Shown piece after piece: positions 1-12,724 of a DNA stretch of 64,000 nt (its first letter is position 1; each line of letters starts with the position of its first letter). Below the pieces are notes generated by a model. The model was given only the letters and a program-made list of their open reading frames with translations, was not told where the DNA came from and searched no databases. The DNA comes from Eledone cirrhosa (lineage: Eukaryota). Made by a program: the position numbers and the translations under genes. The DNA is taken from positions 56,234,001-56,298,000 of the forward strand of contig OZ024747.1 in assembly GCA_964016885.1 (NCBI GenBank), read 5' to 3'.

Positions 1-369
1 ATGTGTGGATGTATGTATGTATGTATGTATGTATGTATGTATGTATGTATGTATGTATGTATGTATCTATGTGTGTCTATGTGTGTATGTATGTGTGGAT
101 GTATGTATGTATGTATATGTATCTATGTGTGTGTCTTAGAAAGATTTATTTCATTTGACATTTTCTATCTTATTTGTTTTCTTCTATTATTTATATTTTC
201 TTTAGTTTGATTTTCAGAGATTTTAAAACATATTTCTTCCATTTTTTCCTGTTTATTTATGTTTACTTTATTGTTTGTTTTTAGCAAATTTTGTTAGATT
301 TATTTTATATTTTTTATTGTAGAAGATTTTTATTTGTGTTCTACGGAAATATATCAAGTGTGAGATCTA

Positions 370-860
370 TGTTTGGTGGGCATGGTGGGTGTGGTGAGTG
401 TGGTGGGAGTGTGGTGGGAATGTGGTGGGTGTGGTGGGAGTGGTGGGAGTGTGTGTATAGGAGCATGTGTGTGGAGTGCTGTGGTGGGTGTGGTGGATGT
501 GATTGGTGTGTATAGGTATGTGAGTATAGGAGTGTGTGTGTGGTGGGAGTGTGTGGTGTGGTGGGTGTGGTGGATGTGGTGGGTGTGTATAGGTATGTGT
601 GTATAGGAGTGTGTGTGTGGTGGGTGTGGTGGATGCGGTGGATGTATAGGTATATGTGTATAGGAGTATGTGTGTGTGTGGTGGGAGTGTGTGTATAGGA
701 CTGTGTATATGTGTGTGTGTGTGTATGTGGTGGGAGTGTATGTATAGGAGTGTGTGTGTGTGTGTTTGGTGGGAGTGTGGTGGGAGTTTGTGTGTGTTGT
801 GTGGTGGGAGTGTGTGTATGAGAGTCTGTGTATAGGAGTGTGTGTTGTGTGGTGGGAGGA
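370..860. repeat. GT-rich compound simple repeat (GTGGTGGGA/GTATAG units)
   Basis: Low-complexity tract; the overlapping His/Thr/Pro ORFs are artefacts. Confidence 0.9.
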
Positions 861-2164
861 TGTTTGCTTGATGTGTACATGTATGCATCAGTATTAGTGT
901 CTGTAAGTGTTTGTGTTTGTTTGTGTGTGTGTTTGTGTGTGTGTGGTGGGAGTGTGTTTGTTTAATGTGTACATGTATGAATCAGTACTAGTGTCTGTAA
1001 GTACGTGTGTGTGTATGTGAGTATGTGTGTGTTAATATAAGTACACACATCAATGTGTTAGTTTAGTGTATATATGTATGTATGTATGTGTATAAGTGTA
1101 TGTGAGCTTTTATATTTGTATGTATATGAAACTGTACATATGTTTGTGTGTCAATATGTGTTTATGAGTATAGGTGTGCTTGTGTAGGTTTAGGTAAGTG
1201 TATGTGTAAGTTTAGGTATGTATGTATGTATAAGTGTATGTGTATAATGTGTGTATGTGTGAGTGTGTGAGTATAAGTATCTTGTTGTGTGAGTATTGGT
1301 ATGTGTGTATGTTTGTTATTTATATGTATATGTTAATAAGTGAATAAGTGTGTGTGTGTGTGTGTGTGCATAAATATGTTTACATAAATGTGTATGTATG
1401 TGTAAGAAATGGAATAAATCTAAGTATGTTTTGTGTGTGTGTGTGTATATAATTGCCTGTGTGTGTATATATCTTTTAGAACTATAAATGTGTGTGTGTG
1501 ACTGTATATGCATTTTATGTGATCAAACATGTGATCTGGGCCAATTGTGTGCAACAGTTTGAAACCATAAAAGTCATATAAGAATGTTAAACCAAGCCAG
1601 AAATGTATCATGTTTGAAATTCAGACCAGTTTTTCAAAATTAATTTCTTTAGGTCTCTGCAAAGTAACATCAATTATTTATGTCAAACAAGCATATTTGA
1701 GACATAATTATATGGTATTTTTCTGCAGAACATAAGAGGCATATACTGGATTGTCCATGTTATATTTATGTTTATATTGATATCCCTTACATCCAGTATC
1801 ATAAGAAAATAAATCAGTTTGAATAAATTATATATAACTGCTGTGAACTCTATATCCTTTTGTATATGTGAACAAATACATTTTTCATTTTTCTATTTCT
1901 AATATTTTGTTTATTATTTTTTCACTTTATTTTCAATATAATCCTTGTAATTTGTTTTACATCATACAATTCTATATACGCGATGAATTTACAGAATCAT
2001 TAAAAAATTGTCTTTCATCTTTTTGAGGGCAATGAAAATTGCACCAGCAAAATACTGCGACTCCATCAGAAGATATGAATCCATATAAACATACAATTCC
2101 TATAACTCCTGAAAAGAGACATCTCCCCATTACTAATATGTATTGTGCAATGAGTTACTTCTTC

Positions 2165-2500
2165 TTCACCCACTTATTCCTGAGAGGGTTGTTGGAGAAG
2201 AGTCCTCAAACACCCCCTCTAGAGGGTGCTGTCAGAAGCAATCATCTCCAACTGATATGGCTGGATCCCCAAGCAAGACCAGCCAAGCTCATGTACGTTA
2301 TCCAGCCATTATCCAGCTCGGGGTCTACCCTTGAGTCTCCTACCAATTGGTTTTGGCCATAAAATCTGTCCAGCAATTTTCCTGTGACATTATAACTGCA
2401 TGCTCATAAAATCGGAGCTGTGGTCTCTCAATTTGGAGGAGTAGTGGCTCCACCTGGAGAGACTCTCTGATCTCTGAGCTATGCACTCTATCGAGTAACA
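2165..2500 (-). mobile_element. Decayed RTE-type LINE 3' end
   Basis: Homologous to 34905-35240 (+). Decayed RTE C-terminal pattern including a DNVHELGW-like peptide. Confidence 0.6.
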
Positions 2501-3357
2501 TTATCTCAAAGACCCTTTGAACCTATTTTGGCCAATAGTATACGCGATCATACTCTTTCAGTCATTACCCAACATTCATGACCATATGTGAGTGTTACAT
2601 CTATTAAAATATTTTTAAAGCAGCCTAGAAGTTTCTTCTTCAGAAGAAGAAGTGACCCATTGCACAATACATCAAATATGTTTTTCAAGAAAATAGTTTG
2701 TCTTTGGTTTAAAGATCACTTTTTAACTGGTAATGAAATAGGAAATAACAATGTATGTGGGGATGGTGGATTAGTAGTATCGGTAGATCACCGAACACCA
2801 TGCTGCATGATATAGAGTTACAGCCCTTTACATTCTGAGTTCAAATCCCTCTGAGGTTAGCTTTGCTTATCATTCTTCTGGGGTCGATTTAATCAATTTT
2901 CTCCTTTCCTCAAAATTGTTGGCCTTGTGCCTAAATCCGAAACCATTATGTATAAGTGCATGTATGTATGTGTATTTGGTGTGTGCTTTGTGATATATAT
3001 ATGCATGTCTGAATTTGTGTATGTGTTTATATATATATATATATATATGTATGTATCGATACAAAGTTTTTATTCACTCTATAAATGTATGCATATATAC
3101 ACATTATAATATATAAAAGGCTGCTTATACAAAAAAGCTTATATGAACAGAGATACATATATATAATCTTATATAAAATTTGCATCGCATACACACATAC
3201 TTTTTGGTAAAAACATTAAAGCAAATTTATAAATTAGTATATTAATATATGACGAGATGTATGGAATTCTAAGTAGCTATCTATATATCAATCTAACAAT
3301 TTAGTAGCTTACCACTAGCAAGGCAAATATCTGAACATTCACACACACACATAGATT

Positions 3358-3402
<45 letters not shown>

Positions 3403-3798
3403 ATAGATATATATATATATATATAGATATAGATATATATATAGAGAGAGAGAGAAAGAGAGCAGGAGGGGAGAGGGGTGGAAGGAGAATGAAAATGAAA
3501 ATTATGTACGTATGAGTGTCTGTGTGTGCGTATGTATATGTGTGTGTGTGTGTCATTTATACTTAACTTGTTCCAACCGATAGGATAAGGCCATGTTGGA
3601 GCACTCCAATTGGGGATGTATTTTCTATAGCAGTCCTTCTTTAGTTCTTTGGTGCCCCAGCATGGCCTCAGCCGGATGGCTGGAACAAGTAAAGGAGTAT
3701 CATCATCATCATCATCATCACCGTTTTACATCCGTTCTTCCACGTTAGCATGGGTTAGACGGGTATATATATATATATATATATATGTATATGTAATG

Positions 3799-3848
<50 letters not shown>

Positions 3849-3932
3849 AATAAAATATAGAGTTATTAACTCATATAGATACCCTGCAATTAACAAGCTC
3901 AAAGTATAAATACTGAGCATTATAATATTAAT

Positions 3933-4120
3933 TAAGGGCGGTGGGTTGGCAGTATCGGTAGAGGGTCGGACGCCATGCTTTCCAGCATAGTTACGTCCCT
4001 TTACGATCTGAGTTCAAATCCCGCCGAGGTTGACTTTGCCTTTCATCCTTACGGGGTCGATAAAATAAAGTACCAGTAATGCACTGGGTAATTGCTGGCC
4101 TTGTGCCTAAAGTAGAAACA
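3933..4120 (+). mobile_element. tRNA-derived SINE family 1, full length with TSD
   Basis: A-box-like TGGCAGTATCGG, B-box GAGTTCAAATCC, core GCCTTTCATCCTTACGGGGTCGATAAA. 14-nt TSD ATTATAATATTAAT at 3919-3932 and 4121-4134. Confidence 0.9.
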
Positions 4121-4741
4121 ATTATAATATTAATATGTGTAGAAGTAAACACAGTAAATCCTGTGTCTAAAATTACGAGGGTAGATTACATCACAAATGT
4201 TATATATCATTCAAACTGAATCATATGGGATTTTACAAGATTTCTCATACATACCATATCAATAACCATTTCATCTCCCGGACAGACTAAATATTTAATC
4301 TGTTTCGCCCTGAATGAATCGTGTTTGTAACAAGTAATCCGTAGGCATTTCGTCAGCGAGAGATAAAACTAAATGTTACATAACACCCATAACGATAAAC
4401 TCACTAAAGTTTACACCTCGTACGTTGAAAGTCATATGCGGTGTGAGTGGTTATGCTAGAAATAATAGCCTATTTACACTCATTTTTATAAGCTCAACAG
4501 ATAAGGAGCCGAAATACAACTAAAATATAGAGTTATTAACTCATATAGATACCCTGCAATTAACAAGGTCAAAGTATAAATACTGAGTGTTATAATATTA
4601 AAATGTGTAGAAGTAAACACAGTAAACCCGTGTCTACAATTACGAGGGTAGATTACACCACAAATGTTATATATCATTCAACCTGAATCATATGGGATGT
4701 TACAAGATTATATATATATATGTATATGTAATGTATACATA

Positions 4742-4782
<41 letters not shown>

Positions 4783-5009
4783 TTATATCTTAAACCAATT
4801 GCTGCATCTATTGAAGTGTAATTTATGTAGAGAATTCATTGCATATTTCTTCATTTTTTAAACCAAATATGGAATAGTATGCAACAGACAAAATATATTT
4901 TATGCAACACCTACTTGGTGCATATTTGCATATATTATGCACGTTGTATTTATATTTTTTTTTATTACTTGCCATAAGCGATACATTCATAAATATACAT
5001 ATATGCATA

Positions 5010-5096
<87 letters not shown>

Positions 5097-5831
5097 CTAT
5101 ATACATACACATACCTCTATATACATAAACCCACACTAGCATGGAAGATAGACGTTAAACGATGATGATGATAATGATGATATATATATATATCACAGAA
5201 GGTTATTTGTCACTAATATACTAACATCTCAATGAAACGAAGATAGCTATTCTCTCTCTGTAAATATATATGTATAGTCATATGTGTATTCCCTCTCTCT
5301 CTCTCCCACTCACTTATTTTCTTTCTCTCCTATCATCTATCTCCTTTGTCTCTCTCTCTTATCCCTTACCCCCCCCCCCTCCCACTTCCGTTTTCCTTCA
5401 TCTTTCCCTCTTTTCCCCCTGTTTTCGCTATGATCAGACGTTTTTCTCCTCGCTCTCTCTCATGCTGTTAATAAGGATTCAGAGCTTACACTCGGTCTCC
5501 TTTTTCACTTCTCCCTCTCTCTCATTGGTTACTGCTACTTACATGTACTACTGTCTCGTGTTTCCCCCCCTCTCTACCAGTATGTTTTTCTTCTGTTTAT
5601 TTTCTTTTTCTGATGTTCTCTACACTATAGTCTCCGTTTTTTTGTTTTCTTTTGTTGTTGTTTTTTACCCTAATAACTACACCTCATAGTTATTAACGCA
5701 CTGTTATGAGATGTACTGTCCTTAATGCGTCGAAACATCAGCGATCCACAGCAGACAGGCGAAGAGCGGGAATTGGCTTCATCTTTGTGTTTCTCTTACA
5801 TTTTCTAAACAATATATATATATATATATAT

Positions 5832-6016
5832 ATAGGAACCAGTAAGACCCCGACGGCTGAGCTCAAGCCGTTTCGACGGCTAATTCTGTAGCCGTCGAAA
5901 CGGCTTGAGCTCAGCCGTCGGGGTCTTACTGGTTCCTATTACCCACTCTACTACCCCAAGTATTGAGTACTTTGGTGCGTTATGGTCCACCTGGTTCCTT
6001 ACCACATTTCCTTCGT

Positions 6017-6017
<1 letters not shown>
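5832..6017 (+). mobile_element. HHR element family A, fold-back copy (3' half of hammerhead)
   Basis: Palindrome 5832-5939 containing GAAA-CGGCT..AGCCG-TC-GGGGTC. Unique tail to 6017 with TATTGAGTAC. Flanked by (TA)n; homologs at 28849, 47078, 19345. Confidence 0.75.
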
Positions 6018-6049
<32 letters not shown>

Positions 6050-6110
6050 CATCATCATCATCATCATCGTTTAACGTCCGTGTTCCACGCTTGCATGGGT
6101 TTGGTATATA

Positions 6111-6236
<126 letters not shown>

Positions 6237-6274
6237 TGGTTTTAACAGTTAATTCAGTAGCATATTCCACTTAA

Positions 6275-6475
6275 CCCTTTAGCATTTAAATTGGCCAGAA
6301 TTCTCTCACCTCTTTCTGTTCAAACCAGCTGTAACTGGTCACTCATACTGATGTTAAAGTATTATTCTCAAAATAAATAATATCAAACTCTCATAGATTT
6401 GATATTATGTTAGATAATTATGTGAATTACATGAAAATATAATAGTAAATATAGATTAATGTAAATACTAAAGGG
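6275..6475. mobile_element. piggyBac-like MITE
   Basis: TTAA|CCCTTTAG...CTAAAGGG|TTAA. Second copy at 41638-41856 and a fragment ending near 21549. Confidence 0.8.
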
Positions 6476-6544
6476 TTAATTTATATTTTTAATATTTCAA
6501 TTATTAGATTGTGGCCATGTAGGGGCACCTTATATATCACCATC

Positions 6545-6950
6545 AACAATTCACATCCACTTTTACATGCATCCATGGGTTGGATGGGTCCTCTCTTCCA
6601 TGGCTTACCTCAATACATTCATTTGTCATCTTTTGTGTGAGGTTCAGCATTTTGAAGTCAGCTCTAATCACATCTGCCCAGTTTTTCTTGGTCTTCCTCA
6701 ATTGCAGATTATTTTCACTGGTATCCCATGACACTTCTTCAGGCAATGATTGCAATCCACATGCATCACATGTGCAATCCCCTCTCTTGCACACTACATC
6801 TGATTCCGTTTAACTCTTATTGTTCATGTGCAATAAGATTACACAACCAACACAATATATTCACTTCATTTTTCAAAAGCCTTTACATAGATCATCTATG
6901 TCTGACTGACACACAACATTGCACTTGACAGACAGGCATCGTACTGTACG
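6545..6950 (-). mobile_element. Decayed RTE LINE 3' end
   Basis: Minus-strand peptide RKTKKNWADVIRADFKML resembles RPRKTWDDLINSDL of the 49.9 kb RTE. Confidence 0.65.
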
Positions 6951-7771
6951 CAGAGATGTGGGGCCACCATACCCTTTTCTCCATCTCTAGTCTAATGTTA
7001 CAACTATTATTCATAGTTGATAACTAATATTTTGGATCATTTGTGCATTGGTAAGACCTCACTTTCAGTCTCTAATTTTCCAATGATGATTATATATATA
7101 TATATATATATACAAATATAAATTAGCGATAATCGTATTTCGGCTATTGGAAATTAGCGAAAAACAACTTCCGAGATGTGTGGCAAGCGCTCCATAGAAG
7201 CTAGTGAACTAGAGCTACAACATAAGTTAAAAGGCCAAACACACTGAGATGATGGTTAAACCATTATCCGCACAGCCATAGAAACGACCAAGTAATTCGG
7301 GTCAAACAAATAAAATATGATTGAAAATTATACCCGGACCCCTGGATGGTTAGTAAAATCCAGCATTTGGGTTTCTGCAACTCCTAAATCAGGTACTGTC
7401 TGCTTAGACAAATAATGTTAAGCTTTCACTTTCTCAACAGGCTTTTAGTTCAAGTGCCAAACCAAGGATTGACCGTTATCAAAACCCACGTGGAGCTCGA
7501 TAAGGGGGGCAACCCTTAGTTTTGGCGGATGAATTCAGTATGTGTGTTATTATTGCAAATTGCAAAATATCACAAAACAAATTAAGTTCTCAACAGAATG
7601 GTTTTAAAATATATATATATATATATAAATTCAAAATATTAATAAATATAGACATTCATGTGATCAAATATATTTTATTATATATATTTCAGAGGTACTG
7701 TGCTGTTTCCTCACTACGTCCTCATCAGATAAAATAAATTGATGTCTGACATATCTCAACTGTGCTGATGG

Positions 7772-7822
<51 letters not shown>

Positions 7823-7870
7823 TGTGTGTAAAAGTTAACCAGAAATAAGAAAGCAAATGACACAATAAAA

Positions 7871-7905
7871 TGGACGTTTCAGACACTGGTCCTTCATCAG
7901 TTAAT
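7871..7905 (-). ncRNA. Minimal hammerhead motif, family B (helix I degraded)
   Basis: Minus strand reads CTGATGA-AGGAC-CAGT-GTCT-GAAA-CG-TC. Relatives near 10010, 10490, 41883 and 42311. Confidence 0.55.
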
Positions 7906-8432
7906 AGAATGAGAAATAAAAGATGGAATCGAAAGATAAAGTGAGAAGAAGAAGGAAATGAAAATAAAATGATAAAAAATTCACATATTTAATCAGCCAT
8001 TTGTGATATTTATATGTATGTATGTGTGTATGTACACACACACACACACAGAGACATACACATATATACACATATACAAACACACACACACATATTTCCT
8101 TCTCGGCAGCAGTGAAACACAGTAAGTTAATGTACCATTATTATTCCTATCAGGCCTCTATGTATATTTCAGGCAATATTTTGAAGACAATAGAAAACAT
8201 TGATTAATTCTAGAGAAAATATATTTCAAGATGAAGATAATGTGAAAAAAAATAGTCATGAATTGTTTTTAATAACAGCACTTGAGAAGCTGCATGTGGG
8301 AGAACCTGAAGGTTTGGTTTAAAAAAACTATAGATCCTTGCAACCCATTTTATTAATGGAGAATTTCATACCCACACACATATATATATGCAGAAATATA
8401 TATCCAAACACACATATACACATATATATGCA

Positions 8433-8483
<51 letters not shown>

Positions 8484-8814
8484 GTATGAGTATATATATA
8501 TATGTATGAGTATATATATATATGTATGTGTATGCATATAGATATATGTATATATGTATGCATATAGATATATGTTTATATGTATGCATATATAAACATA
8601 TATATATTTATATGTATATGGCACGGGGCATGTCCACATACTGTGTAAGTGTACATAACATATTCTAAAATACATAAATGCTGGCTCTTTAAAAACCATT
8701 CCATGTTAAGTTGCCTCTATTAACACCCTTTTACTAATGTAACAATTTTGAATATCAAAATACATGTATATATATACCTATACATATATATAGAAAACAA
8801 TGTGTATAAAAATG

Positions 8815-9060
8815 TTATCTGCTGACAATGAAAGGATTCTTTCTCAGATTGTATAGCATGTGAGCATGTGAGTACATGTAAAAATGTTGCATGTTAATGA
8901 GACAAACACATTAAAGGCAGAAAGGATCTGCAAAGACTGAAATGAAGCAAGCTTGCTCTGTTAAAAATCAGTGTATAAAATCAGTGTACATGAACAATGG
9001 AGAGCTAAGCTGAGAAAAACTGCATATAAGAAGAGTTGGTTGTTGCAGACAGCTGAAATA
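8815..9060 (+). mobile_element. Decayed RTE LINE fragment
   Basis: LLTMKGFF..MLHVNET..L is similar to LLAAKGFSL..LHGSETWAL of the 49.9 kb RTE. Confidence 0.55.
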
Positions 9061-9556
9061 GGCAGAAAAAACTTCATTCCTAAATTCCTTATTTTGGTAT
9101 AGGTTCTTTGGTTAAGTGCCCTTCCTAATACCGACCTCATTGCAGAGTATAATGGGTGTGTTTATTGGGGAACAAGGACTACCACTTAACTTAATGTATT
9201 GTGTGCATTTAATTGTGGCACCAACAGTAGAGAGATTGCTATATTCTTGACAAAACGGAAAAGTCATTTCTCTCCCATTTTGTCTTAATTTAAATTGAAT
9301 GCGCCAATTAGAGGACTTGTTTGTGGTTAGAAAGAACAGCTATATTTCCTTCATTTTAAAAATAGTTGTCGTAAAAACAAAAAAAGTATTACAGAATGAA
9401 TCATCGATACAATATTTCTAAAATCTAAGTAGGATGGTCATGAGTGTAAGGAAATTAAGTCATTGCCATCAGAGAAGATCTGAACACAAATATGTCCTGT
9501 AATGAAAGAGCTAATATAGGGAGAAGTGATGATGAATGATGTTTCGCCCCCCTCCC

Positions 9557-9593
<37 letters not shown>

Positions 9594-9641
9594 GTATAAA
9601 AAAACGAAAAATCAGTGATCCATCTGGACTCAGTTTATTTC

Positions 9642-9730
9642 GTGTTACAATTGTTTCGCCAGCAGGTAGCTCGAGACATGATCACTGTATGGATCTGGCT
9701 GATTCTACGGCTGCAGGTTCCTTCGGACAC
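9642..9730 (-). ncRNA. Hammerhead-like motif with long, poorly paired helix II
   Basis: GTGT-CCGAAGG...GAAA-CAATTG-TA-ACAC followed by AATAAA and GAGTCC. Core has two deviations. Confidence 0.35.
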
Positions 9731-9833
9731 ATGCAATTCTTTCGGAGCAAATTTTCTCACTCATATATATATATATATATATTTATATATCAATGATATT
9801 AATAAATGGAAACTATATTTATAAAACCATATT

Positions 9834-9895
9834 TATTCTATTATATATATTTTCAAGGGAACCAAAACTTTGGTACGCTCTCATCAGATAAAATA
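9834..9895 (-). ncRNA. Type I hammerhead ribozyme motif, family D
   Basis: TATTTTAT-CTGATGA-GAGCGTACCAAAGTTTTGGTTCCCTT-GAAA-ATATATA-TA-ATAGAATA; 8-bp helix I with one G-U. Confidence 0.7.
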
Positions 9896-10611
9896 CAAAG
9901 TTCGGTTTATAAATATTGACATATCCAGGAAGGAGATCTTAACGGTTCAAGTTTTTTGTTGAATTACCAACAAATTAAATATCCCTTTTGCTTATATATT
10001 TATATATATTTCTGATAAAGGATTAGCGTACAAGATTTTCAGACTCTTTTCCTACTATATCAAGCATAAAACCAATAATATATTTCTTCATGGTTCTGTA
10101 TCGTTTGCTTTGTTATTTCCGTTTGCCTTTTGCATATCTATCTATCTATCTCTATATATATATGTGCATGTGTGTGTATACACATTCATACACTTACGTG
10201 AACTCTCAATTTCTTTGAATTCCTACATTGGATTTTTACCTGAACTCTAGTAGATTTTTGCTTATATACCATGACTCACTACCACTTTTCTTTCACTTTT
10301 CTCTTGCCCCGTTACCCATTCTTGTTTCCTCTCCCTCCACTCTACTCTCTACCTGTGTGTTTTCACCTCTTCTCTCCACAACCTCACCATCTTTTATGGA
10401 CCTGTTCATTTTTTTCTAAAAATCATTTTACCGTTTCCACCCAGCCCGTCTCCTCAATCTTTCTATTTCTACTTTAATTTTTCATTCTATCAAATGATGG
10501 AAGACTAACATCTGTAACGTTAAGACTCTTTTTCTACTATATGAAGCGTAAAACTAATAATGTATTTCTGCATTGTACTGTCGTTTGCTTTGTTATATTT
10601 GTTGTCTTTTG

Positions 10612-10669
<58 letters not shown>

Positions 10670-12079
10670 AAGAGAGAGAGAGAGAGAGTCTGTGGTGGTG
10701 ACACCGGGCAGACCACTGATCATGATCATGGGATTCCTTGATACATGAGGAGATGCAGAGTGGGTAAAAGCATATGTAAAATCCCAACTGTGGTGCCAAA
10801 CAGTTTCGGCTAGTGTGTTCAGCAAGCCTTTTCAAGCATGTAGTCACACAAGCCAAAACTGCATGTCATTGTGGTCAAGACTTTACATATCTGCCTCAAC
10901 CCTCCCCCTTCACCCCTCCCCCTCACCCCTCTCTCTCTATATATATTTATCATGTAGGTGGCGCTACGAAAAGTACCCAGCACACACTGTAAATGTGGTT
11001 GGCATTAGAAAAAGCATCCAACCATAGAAAACCAGCCCCAAAACACCCAGCCCTCACTGTAAAGTGGACATGTAAAAGACATGGCAAAAAGCACCCAGCA
11101 CACACTGGCGCCAGAAAGGGCATACTGCCGTAGAAAACCATCAGAAACTCTCCTATATGAGCGAGACATGGTCACCCAACCCAACTTGCCTATAATTGGG
11201 GCACACCCGTCTAACTCTTGCTATAGGGGAAAATAGACATTAATCGACGTTGATGATGATGGTGATATATATATATATCATATATAGTGACACAAATTAG
11301 CTTGAGTTTACACATACAATAGTTCAAAGCCCCTCCACCATGCCCAGCACCATGGAAATAATGAAAGAATATAAATGACATTAAAATGAAAGGTGATATA
11401 GTGCTGCAGCTTACGACTCTAGGATGTTGATTGGGAATAAATGGTATCCTCATCATATAAATACATAAATACATACATATACACATACATATGTATGTGT
11501 CTGTATATATATATATATGTACACATATATGATTTTATATCATCATCATTGTTTTTGATGATCCTGAGAAAGATATATGGGTATATATATATATATATAT
11601 ATACATATATACACATATAATAAAAATAAATCATATACATATGTATATTATACATCATAAGAATCTCATGTATATATATATATATGATAATAATAATTGT
11701 TTCTACTTTTGGCACAAGGCCAGCAAATTTATCGACCCCGTAAGGATGAAAGGCAAAGTTAACCTCGGCGGGATTTGAACTCAGATCGTAAAGGGACGTA
11801 ACTATGCTGGATAATAATAATGGTTTCTTTATTAGCCTCAAATGTTTCTAATGTAGTCCCAAGACCAGTAACTTGGCGAGGGAGAAAGTCAATTAAAGCA
11901 ACCCCTGTACTGAATTATACTCAGTTTCATTGACCCCAGAAGGATCAAAGGCGAATTTGACCTTAGCACAATTTGAACTCAGAACCTAAAGAACTGTAAC
12001 AAATATTTTGTCTCATGCTCCAATGATTTTACCAGCAATCAGGGTTTTATTTATTGTGTTTGATAATTGTTTCTAACAT

Positions 12080-12425
12080 GGAGGCACATGGCTTAGTGGT
12101 TAGAGCATTGGCCTTGCAATCGAAAGGTTGTGAGTTCAATTCTCAGACCAGGTGATATGTTGTTTCCTTGAGCAAGACACTTTATTTCACATTGCTCCAG
12201 TTTACTCAGCTGTAGAAATGAGATGATAGGGACTGGGGTCCCTATCATTCCACTGCAAAGTGGTCGTGGAGGTGCCACGGCAAAAAAGCAGCCAGCACTC
12301 ACTGTAAATGAGGTTGGTGTTAGGAAGGGCATCCAGCTGTAGAAATCAAGCCAGAATCAGTTCCCGTCCCACCCTTGCAAGCAGGGAAAAAGCGGATGTA
12401 AAATGAAAATGAAATGAAATGATGA
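12080..12425 (+). mobile_element. tRNA-derived SINE family 2 with RTE-derived tail
   Basis: A box TGGCTTAGTGG, B box GAGTTCAATTC, core TCCTTGAGCAAGACACTT. 3' GTTGGTGTTAGGAAGGGCATCCAGC is shared with the RTE 3' UTR. Confidence 0.85.
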
Positions 12426-12724
12426 TAGAAGTATAAAACTATTAAGAATTATAATGATGATGATGATTATAACAATAGTTTATGATTTAGGCACAAGGCC
12501 AGCAATGTTTAGGGGAGGGGAATGTTAATTGAATTAACCCCACTGCATTACTGGTGCTTTATTTTATCGACTCTGTAAGGATAAAAGGCAAAGCTAACCT
12601 CGACACGATTTGAACTCAGAAAGTAAAAGGCTGTAACTCTATGTCATGAATCATGGTGTCTAACGCTCTACTGATACTGCCAATCTAGGTAATAATGTTG
12701 ATAAAGATTTGAACATAGAACAAT

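Noticed and set aside
3936-4030. tRNA gene-like A/B boxes
   Set aside because: SINE head; no cloverleaf, and it continues into the SINE core.
7694-7731. CTGATGA..GAAAC..TA on the minus strand
   Set aside because: Neither helix I nor helix II pairs; at best a decayed remnant.
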